Shown here: positions 32,275 through 39,064 of the stretch, in pieces | Numbering within the stretch: position 1 is the first letter of the stretch | Layout: each line of letters begins with the position of its first letter | Source of the DNA: an uncultured Candidatus Saccharibacteria bacterium | GTDB lineage: Bacteria > Patescibacteriota > Minisyncoccia > Phycocordibacterales > UBA9973 | Direction of reading: 5' to 3' | DNA: 50,081 nt | NCBI GenBank assembly: GCA_964577515.1 | Contig: CAZNZN010000004.1 | Span: 1-50,081 of the forward strand | Position numbers and translations under genes: made by a program | Notes under the pieces: model-generated | Database searches by the model: none | What the model saw: the letters and a program-made list of their open reading frames with translations, nothing else | Told to the model about the DNA's origin: nothing

Positions 32275-33366
32275 ATGACAAAAAACCCTCTTTTCAAGGC
32301 TCCCCTGTTGAGCTTTAAAAACACAGAGCCTGGAAAGTGGCTCGTGTTCGAACGGTTCGGAACCCCAACAAAAGCTATTCTCTATGACGGAGATCGCGGA
32401 AAAACAGTCATTGTTGAAGCGAAAGGTGGTGAATTCAAACACACCGAAATTGACGGCGTTGTCACTCTAAAAGGAATGACCTGGCCAAATGCTCAACACT
32501 TACTTAAGTTCCGATGGACGGAGACAATTCCGGATGAAGAGACTGCAAAAACAGCCGTGTATCCTAATGGACACCCAAAAGCTGGTCAGAAAAAATACAC
32601 CAGCTACAAAAAATTCCTTCATTCAAGTATTGTTATCGGAACAAGAGAAGAAGACAATGTGCCGTATTTACGACAGAAAGAAATCCACCCGGTTGCTATA
32701 GAATTTATATGTGACGGCGGTGGTTCTTATGTCATTGTTGTCCAGGTTACTGTAGAAATACACAACCCCATGGCAGCAATCCAGCTTGAAAACTTCCTTG
32801 ACTCTGCTCTTGGCAGAGTTACTGAAGCAATCCTCGGCTGGGGAAAATCAAAAACGTTCAAAGAAGCCCGCGCTATTAATGTCGATGATCATAAACAAAT
32901 AATGATCAAAGACAGGCGCGGTGACTCCAGATACTATCTGGATGTTATCAATGAAGACTTACAAGAGAAACTCGGGATAAGTATCCCCGATGTCACTCAG
33001 ATTGGGCACTTCATCGGTGATGCTTCAAAAAGCGTCTTTGAGAGTGAGAACAAAACACTTGAAGAAGGCAACAAAGTAAAACAGGCAGAGTTCAAAAAGC
33101 AGGCTCGACTGGAAGAGAATATTGCTCAGCAAGCCGAAAACACAACAGACCTTGCTTATAAAAGCGGACTGCTTGATAAGTACGGTGAGGTACAAGGAAA
33201 ACTCCTCGACAAACAGGCTCAGATTGCAAAAAACTATGCTGGGAACAACGGACTAACGTATCTCAGTATCGGAGATTCAGGCGCAACTGGAAAAGCGGCA
33301 ACGCTACCTGAAATACTGGCAGCGCTTGAAGCAACAAAACCAAAAGGAGGTAAAAATGTTTCTTAG
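32275..33366 (+). CDS. SPFH/band-7-like protein without an N-terminal TM anchor, with a ~90-aa insertion
   Basis: KWLVFERFGTPTKAIL resembles the stomatin/QmcA V-ERFG-R start. The core is VIVVQVTVEIHNPMAAIQLENFLDSALGRVTEAILG, followed by a coiled-coil tail KQAEFKKQARLEENIAQQAE. Confidence 0.55.
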   Translation: MTKNPLFKAPLLSFKNTEPGKWLVFERFGTPTKAILYDGDRGKTVIVEAKGGEFKHTEIDGVVTLKGMTWPNAQHLLKFRWTETIPDEETAKTAVYPNGHPKAGQKKYTSYKKFLHSSIVIGTREEDNVPYLRQKEIHPVAIEFICDGGGSYVIVVQVTVEIHNPMAAIQLENFLDSALGRVTEAILGWGKSKTFKEARAINVDDHKQIMIKDRRGDSRYYLDVINEDLQEKLGISIPDVTQIGHFIGDASKSVFESENKTLEEGNKVKQAEFKKQARLEENIAQQAENTTDLAYKSGLLDKYGEVQGKLLDKQAQIAKNYAGNNGLTYLSIGDSGATGKAATLPEILAALEATKPKGGKNVS

Positions 33367-34063
33367 CATTTATTTCCCAAACCAGTGGTGGGATATAGGC
33401 ATCCTAGTTTTGCTTCTTTTTACACTCCCATATCTTATAAAAAAGATACTATGGTCTGGTAATAAAAGAGTAGATATTGATGCAATAATCCTATTCATTG
33501 GACTCTTGCTTTTAGTAGGAGCATGGCTTGCTGTAGCAAAAGGTTGGCCGTGGTTCTGGAACACTACCGGATGGTGGGGTGTGGGAGTCCTTGCAGGGAT
33601 AGCGCTTCTGATTATTTTCAGAAAGACTATCACTGGAGTCTCTGTACCAAAAACTTTCTGGAAGTGGTTCTGGAGTCTTCTGGCTATCGCTGGTCTTACA
33701 GTTGGAGGATACTTTGTCTATCACAAACTCAAGGATGCTCGCTTCGGCAAGGATACTGAGAAGTACGAGACAGTCAAAGAGGACATCTGGTTCAAAGCCA
33801 AAAAAGGTATCCCTTTCAAAAAGGAAATCCTCAACTTCGAAGGTGAACGGTGGCCGATCGTCAAAGGTCGCGACACTGTGACCCTCACCTTTGATCCGCC
33901 CCGCGGGTCGAAATGGGTCTACAAGATATGGAATCGCCCTGATGGCAGTGTCGGATACAAGGAAATTAAAAAAATCCCCGACATTGTCCTTGCTGGTACA
34001 TATCTGTACACCACTGACAAAGATTGCGAAATCATGATCAGCACTAAGAAGCCAAAGTTGTAA
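33356..34063 (+). CDS. Trp-rich 4-TM membrane protein with a C-terminal soluble beta-rich domain
   Basis: GGAGG lies 5 nt upstream of the ATG, and the gene overlaps the SPFH-like stop by 11 nt. There are four hydrophobic segments followed by a ~110-aa soluble tail. Confidence 0.6.
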   Translation: MFLSIYFPNQWWDIGILVLLLFTLPYLIKKILWSGNKRVDIDAIILFIGLLLLVGAWLAVAKGWPWFWNTTGWWGVGVLAGIALLIIFRKTITGVSVPKTFWKWFWSLLAIAGLTVGGYFVYHKLKDARFGKDTEKYETVKEDIWFKAKKGIPFKKEILNFEGERWPIVKGRDTVTLTFDPPRGSKWVYKIWNRPDGSVGYKEIKKIPDIVLAGTYLYTTDKDCEIMISTKKPKL

Positions 34064-34090
34064 GTTGTGAAATGTTCTTTTGCAGATGCA

Positions 34091-34121
34091 AAACGCCGCC
34101 CCAAACGGAGCGGCGTTTTTT
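34091..34121. terminator. Bidirectional intrinsic terminator
   Basis: AAACGCCGC, a 10-nt loop, GCGGCGTTT plus a T-run, between convergent genes. Confidence 0.8.
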
Positions 34122-34127
34122 CTTTTT

Positions 34128-34499
34128 CTATTCACACGGATAGATAGATCCGACGTTCTCACCATTTATCTTTATATCTTTGATACATGGTGGGGTGAAT
34201 TCTTGTGCTTTGTTGTCAATCGTATGTGACTTACTCAAGCCAAAGGTATTGATGAGGATGTTGATGATACCGTAGACACCAACCATGATGACTAGTCCAA
34301 CTACTCCCCATATCATGTGTTGTTGTCCTTTTTTTCGAGCTTCAGCGTTGTTTGCATTTCGAATAAATTCGACAACTCCCCACAAGAAGACAACGAACGC
34401 AATAATGAATGCAAACTGAATCGCAGGGTTGATGATAGTCCTGTTGATACTAAAGACTAGTTCATTAAATGTTTTTGCATATGCGACAAAGGCATTCAT
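34128..34499 (-). CDS. VirB2/TrbC-pilin-like two-TM protein P1 (no signal peptide, C-terminal Cys pair)
   Basis: TM1 AIQFAFIIAFVVFLWGVVEFI, a basic loop, TM2 MIWGVVGLVIMVGVYGIINILINTFG, and tail ..PPCIKDIKINGENVGSIYPCE. Confidence 0.6.
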   Translation of the reverse strand: MNAFVAYAKTFNELVFSINRTIINPAIQFAFIIAFVVFLWGVVEFIRNANNAEARKKGQQHMIWGVVGLVIMVGVYGIINILINTFGLSKSHTIDNKAQEFTPPCIKDIKINGENVGSIYPCE

Positions 34500-34517
34500 G
34501 GCAGCTGCTGTGAGCCT

Positions 34518-34895
34518 TTATCGGCAACCAATGTTTTGGTAGTAGCGTTGTCCTGGAGGACATGGAACTGGAGCACTTCCTCCTTGACCTACACCAAAGG
34601 TATTTGTAAGAATGTTTACGATTCCCCAAATACCGACAATCACTGCAAGACCGATGATACCGCGGATCATTGCGTTTTTCTTGTTTACTACTTCCTTTGC
34701 ATCTTTTTCACGGATGTATTGGATCACTGTCCAGATGAAGTAGAGTGTAGCAATCACCATCAAGAAGGTCACTGCACGCTGTGTCCAGTCAATGATACGA
34801 GTAATCCAGTTTTCTGCGTAACTAAAGTTTTGAGCAAAAGCGAGAGGAGCGAGTAACACTACAAGCGCGAGTGCTGGGATAACAATTTTCTTCAT
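34518..34895 (-). CDS. VirB2/TrbC-pilin-like two-TM protein P2 (signal peptide, C-terminal Cys pair)
   Basis: Signal peptide MKKIVIPALALVVLLAPLAFAQ, two TM segments separated by REKDAKEVVNKKNA, IWGIVNILTNTFGVG, and tail PCPPGQRYYQNIGCR. TGgTATACT lies upstream. Confidence 0.65.
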   Translation of the reverse strand: MKKIVIPALALVVLLAPLAFAQNFSYAENWITRIIDWTQRAVTFLMVIATLYFIWTVIQYIREKDAKEVVNKKNAMIRGIIGLAVIVGIWGIVNILTNTFGVGQGGSAPVPCPPGQRYYQNIGCR

Positions 34896-34957
34896 ACGTT
34901 TATCGAAATGTCTAACTAATAAATAATAATTGTAGACAGTAGTAGTATACCACAGTG

Positions 34958-35692
34958 CTATTTACGACAAGGGTTTTTTGGGTCGGTAGTAAGACAGTCT
35001 GTTTGCAGCTGCGGCACAGTGTCACCGAGCCCAAAGGTTGTGGTCACAATGTTCACAATCCCCCATACGCCTACCATCACCGTAAGACCAAGAATCCCCC
35101 AATAGATGAACTTCTTGCTCTCCTCTCGCTTCTTCACATCAGCGCCATCACGGATATACCCCACCATTCCCCAGAGGAATACAAGAAACGCTATTGAAAA
35201 GAGGAGTGGAATAATCGCCGCTCCAATAATACATTTTGCCCAAATAAGAATATCGAGGAGTGAGTTGAACCGGATCTGTGAACACTGTGTGATACCTGGA
35301 GCACTCGTATTCGGCGTTCCTGCAATAGTCCCTGTATCGTAGCCGTTGATAGTTGTCCCAGGAAGTGATACCCCTCCAGCTTGTGTTCCGTAGTACAGAT
35401 CACATTGTTGTGCATACCGTCCTGCATTTACCACACAGCAATCATATTCGTTTGACGCAGTTACTGTTGCACAGTTATTCCCCGTTTGTTGTTGCTGTTG
35501 TTGGTTGGTTTGCTGAGCGATCTCAAAGTCAGAACACTGTGCCGCGTAGTCAGCAGCATTTGGTCCACCACAACAAAGCCGATAGGTTCCTGCTGTTACA
35601 GGGTTACATTGTGCATCAGTTTGCGCTGATACGTTGTGAGGAATAGCAAAAAAGATACTAAAGGCGATGACTACTAGTGCAAAGTATTTCAT
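34958..35692 (-). CDS. VirB2/TrbC-pilin-like protein P3 with a duplicated Cys-rich ectodomain and poly-Gln linker
   Basis: The start is set to MKYFALVVIAFSIFFAIPHNVSAQ. Two C-x10-CC-x9/10-QC modules flank QQTNQQQQQQ. The C-terminal two-TM module is VWGIVNIVTTTFGLG, with tail DCLTTDPKNPCRK. Confidence 0.65.
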   Translation of the reverse strand: MKYFALVVIAFSIFFAIPHNVSAQTDAQCNPVTAGTYRLCCGGPNAADYAAQCSDFEIAQQTNQQQQQQTGNNCATVTASNEYDCCVVNAGRYAQQCDLYYGTQAGGVSLPGTTINGYDTGTIAGTPNTSAPGITQCSQIRFNSLLDILIWAKCIIGAAIIPLLFSIAFLVFLWGMVGYIRDGADVKKREESKKFIYWGILGLTVMVGVWGIVNIVTTTFGLGDTVPQLQTDCLTTDPKNPCRK

Positions 35693-35696
35693 ATAG

Positions 35697-36257
35697 TTAA
35701 CTCGTAATACTATTAACGGTTCCAATAATGGCATTGGTGATCACCCAAGCACCGAGGATGAGCAACGTCCCAACTATGGTGTACCAAAAGGTCTTTTTCG
35801 CCACCTTAAGTTTGTCGGGATTTCCTCGAGCAAAGACAAACTGCAACCCTGCCCAAATAAAGAAGAGAACAAGAAGAGGCAGAATGATGCGAAGCGCTGC
35901 TGTCATAAAGAGCTTAATAGCCTCTTGTATAGTGTCTACCTTAAGCGGGTTATTGATAGTGATAGGAATGGGTTTTCCTTTTGTTCCTGACCCCCCAGCA
36001 CCTGCCCCACTTCCTGTACCAGTGTTTGAAGGGCAAGGAGCTTTTTCTTCTCCTGTCTCACATACTGCTTTGGCATTGTTCTTACACTCAGGATCGAGCA
36101 CATCGGTTTTACCGTCGCCGTCATTGTCTTTTCCGTCGTTACATTGTGTTGGATTTGGCTGTGGAGGATTTTGAGGATTTGTTCCTTGTGCAGCTACTCC
36201 AGAAACAAGAAGTAGTTGTAGTGTTAAAACGAGAGTAAATGCAATGATGCGTTTCAT
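35697..36257 (-). CDS. VirB2/TrbC-pilin-like protein P4 with a Cys-flanked Asp-rich (calcium-binding-like) motif
   Basis: The start is set to MKRIIAFTLVLTL. Contains CNDGKDNDGDGKTDVLDPEC, a Gly/Ser/Thr linker, and the two-TM module LPLLVLFFIWAGLQFVFARGNPDKLKVAKKTFWYTIVGTLLILGAWVI. Confidence 0.7.
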   Translation of the reverse strand: MKRIIAFTLVLTLQLLLVSGVAAQGTNPQNPPQPNPTQCNDGKDNDGDGKTDVLDPECKNNAKAVCETGEEKAPCPSNTGTGSGAGAGGSGTKGKPIPITINNPLKVDTIQEAIKLFMTAALRIILPLLVLFFIWAGLQFVFARGNPDKLKVAKKTFWYTIVGTLLILGAWVITNAIIGTVNSITS

Positions 36258-36271
36258 ATGACGAGAGTATA

Positions 36272-37207
36272 TCATTTTTCTAGAAATTGCAGAGCGCTAT
36301 CGGTGTCTTTAACTAAGACAGTGAGGAGTACTTTGACGATAAGCCACGCAGAGAGCACGATAAGTATCCCTATGAAGATGTGCTTCAAAAGGCTCTTGAG
36401 GTTGATGATCTTTTTTGGGTCTCCTTGTGCAGTAAGATATTTGAACCCAGCGTACATAAACATGATGATAATGATAGGAACAAACAGTACCGTGATGAGG
36501 AATACTATGAGGTTATTTATCGTCTTTAGTACATCAGAAAAAGTACAGTAGTTATTGCATGCGATGAGCCCGCTCTTTTCATCCCCTTTTGCTACTTCTG
36601 ATGCTCCTTTTCCAAGGTAACAAGAAGGGTCTGGTTCATATGTCCCCCCTACGCCATCATAATCAATGCGCCCATCACCGTCATTGTCTTTTTGATCCCC
36701 ACATGTCCCATCTCCAGTGGTTGGATCTCCTTCGGGAGCGACTGACTGCGTACCACTTTGCTGAGCATTCGTACTTGTCTGTGTAGTGTTTGTAGTTGTT
36801 TGTGTAGTGGTTGTAGTTGTTTGTGTGTTATTGGTGGTTGTAGTTTGAGAACTTTGTTGAATAGAAAAACTCTGTACTCCTTTCCAAGAAGACGCGTCGC
36901 TGTATGCCCCAGCTTTTGCATAATATGTCTTTCCTTTTTTAAGGCCTGTTACGGTAAAAACCACAGGTACATTTTGACTGAAAAATACTTGTTTACTTTT
37001 CAAGAAACCACCATCTCCTGGGAATACCCCGTCAGAGACTTCAATATTACCTACGTAGCCATAACAGGTAGCACACGTAGCAGTAACCACCGCTGTTGTT
37101 CCGGTTGTCTTTACAGAGACAACAATAGGGTTGGGATCGGCAAATACACGGGTTGCGATAGTAAAAAGACTAACGAATAACAGACTGTAGATTGCGAGAC
37201 GTTTCAT
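36272..37207 (-). CDS. VirB2/TrbC-pilin-like protein P5 with a beta-sandwich-like domain, Thr-rich linker and Asp-rich motif
   Basis: The start is set to MKRLAIYSLLFVSLFTIATRVFA. Contains TTTTNNTQTTTTTTQTTTNTTQTST, CGDQKDNDGDGRIDYDG..PDPSC, and the two-TM module FVPIIIIMFMYAGFKYLTAQGDPKKIINLKSLLKHIFIGILIVLSAWLI. Confidence 0.7.
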   Translation of the reverse strand: MKRLAIYSLLFVSLFTIATRVFADPNPIVVSVKTTGTTAVVTATCATCYGYVGNIEVSDGVFPGDGGFLKSKQVFFSQNVPVVFTVTGLKKGKTYYAKAGAYSDASSWKGVQSFSIQQSSQTTTTNNTQTTTTTTQTTTNTTQTSTNAQQSGTQSVAPEGDPTTGDGTCGDQKDNDGDGRIDYDGVGGTYEPDPSCYLGKGASEVAKGDEKSGLIACNNYCTFSDVLKTINNLIVFLITVLFVPIIIIMFMYAGFKYLTAQGDPKKIINLKSLLKHIFIGILIVLSAWLIVKVLLTVLVKDTDSALQFLEK

Positions 37208-38474
37208 ATATTGCTTCTGCTGGTGTATAGCGACCACTAGTAACTCCTTGTATCATATCACGAAAGACATTTTCAGTTGCTGCTGGGTTGATGTCTGGCC
37301 AGCCAAACGCGTTTAATGCTGATTTGAAAAATACTTGCACATATGGGTTTTTTTGCGGTGTGACAAGAATATCTCGACGTGCTGGTGGGAGTGCTGTTTC
37401 TCCTGCGAGGTACTCAACAAACTCTTTTCCAGAGAGCTGCCCTGCAACAGTATACGCTGCATCAAACTGTGTCGTTGCTTTTACAATAGAAAGACTTGAG
37501 AAAGATCCGAAAGTGGTTGGACGTACTATTCCCACTGGCTGGAACACCTGCGTCACATCAAAGTTGAGATTTGGGTTTCTCTTTTGGAGAGTAAAGAGTT
37601 CGCTTGCACGCCCTATGTAGAATGCACTTTTTCCTGAAAGGAACATATCGAGACCGCTCGACAATGTCTTGTTCCAAGAATATGTATCACTTGTCGGATT
37701 TGAAAAGTTAACAAAAAATGCGAGCGCGCTTATCACTGGGTTTTCTTCTGATGCACCTGTGGTAGCAAGAGTACTTGTATATGACTGAGTCACCGTATCA
37801 AAAGTAGTAATAGGATTCCCCACCTGAAGAAAGAGTGTTGCGAGAATATCTTTGAAATGGTCAACGTTACTATATTCTCCAAAAGGAAGCAGCGTCTGCG
37901 TAATCGCACCTTTTGCATTATTTTTCACAAACTGTGGCATAAGAGACACGAGCGATGTCCATGTTGTTGGTGGGACAACATAGTTTTTTCCAGCAAGCAT
38001 ATCTTTGTTGTAGTACGCAACAACAGGATCAACAAGAAGTGGTAGGGCCATCACTCCATCTTGGGAGAGGAAAAGCGCGCTACCATCAACATAGGTGTCC
38101 CGGAAACTTCGCTCTGGATATGTAGTAAAAGGGATAGTGTACACTCTATTTTTTATAGAAAAAAAGTTCTCCGAATCAGTAATCAGAAGATCCGGCTGTT
38201 GCCCTTCAGCTAAAGCAGCAGTAAGTCTCCCTGCAAGAGCATCCCCACTCACCTCTTCATAATAAATACGCGTTGATTTGTTTTCAATATTGAGACTATC
38301 GATATATGGCTGTACCACCGTTGAAGGATACACACCCCACACTGATACCGTGGCAGCACTTGAAGAAGACTGAGAAGAAGACCCTACTTTGATAACGCCT
38401 GCGAATATCAAAATAGCACCGATAAATGCTGCGATAGAAACACCGATGAGTATTGTTTGAAATGGTAGTTTCAT
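37170..38474 (-). CDS. Membrane-anchored extracellular solute-binding protein (ABC family-1-like), no permease or ATPase nearby
   Basis: An N-terminal TM anchor and a Ser-rich linker (SSSQSSSSAA). Family-1 SBP-like segments PDLLITDSENF and VVAYYNKDML. 434 aa. Confidence 0.65.
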   Translation of the reverse strand: MKLPFQTILIGVSIAAFIGAILIFAGVIKVGSSSQSSSSAATVSVWGVYPSTVVQPYIDSLNIENKSTRIYYEEVSGDALAGRLTAALAEGQQPDLLITDSENFFSIKNRVYTIPFTTYPERSFRDTYVDGSALFLSQDGVMALPLLVDPVVAYYNKDMLAGKNYVVPPTTWTSLVSLMPQFVKNNAKGAITQTLLPFGEYSNVDHFKDILATLFLQVGNPITTFDTVTQSYTSTLATTGASEENPVISALAFFVNFSNPTSDTYSWNKTLSSGLDMFLSGKSAFYIGRASELFTLQKRNPNLNFDVTQVFQPVGIVRPTTFGSFSSLSIVKATTQFDAAYTVAGQLSGKEFVEYLAGETALPPARRDILVTPQKNPYVQVFFKSALNAFGWPDINPAATENVFRDMIQGVTSGRYTPAEAIYETSRNLQSVIR

Positions 38475-38492
38475 GAATAAAAAAGTAGCGTA

Positions 38493-39017
38493 TTACTTCT
38501 TGAAAAGTATAGCATAGTGATGTTCACCTCCAGGAATTGTCTCAGAAAGTTTTGTACACCCAAATGATGTAAGTAACTGCTCTGCTGTTTGTTTCTTGAA
38601 GACTCGGTCAGGGTGCGGACCAAGACCACCAAAAGACTCTTCCCAATCCACAACAAGCAACCTCCCTCCGGGCTTAAGTACACGAAGGGCCTCCTTGATA
38701 CATCCGTGTTTGTCATCGAGTTGGAACAAAATATTTGAAAGAATAACAAAATCCACACTTTCACTATCAAGCTTTGATCCTCCAGGTACTTCTATGTCTC
38801 CCCATAACGGAAAAATATTTTTTATTCCTGCGTCTTTTACCTCACGAGTGATGCGTGCAACAAGGTCGCGATTTATTTCAATTGCAAAGACACTTCCCTG
38901 TGTTACAAACAACGATATCGCTCGAGCGACAAACCCACTTCCTGCACCAAAATCAGCTACTGTATCTGTAACTTGGAGGTTGCACGCAGCGATAGTCCGC
39001 GCAGGGTCCATAAACAT
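38493..39017 (-). CDS. Class I SAM-dependent methyltransferase
   Basis: Motif I VADFGAGSGFVARAI and post-II LKPGGRLLVVDW. 174 aa. Confidence 0.8.
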   Translation of the reverse strand: MFMDPARTIAACNLQVTDTVADFGAGSGFVARAISLFVTQGSVFAIEINRDLVARITREVKDAGIKNIFPLWGDIEVPGGSKLDSESVDFVILSNILFQLDDKHGCIKEALRVLKPGGRLLVVDWEESFGGLGPHPDRVFKKQTAEQLLTSFGCTKLSETIPGGEHHYAILFKK

Positions 39018-39064
39018 ATACTATAAGTATAGCAAGCAAGTGCAATAAAGTAGAGCGACAGCTC

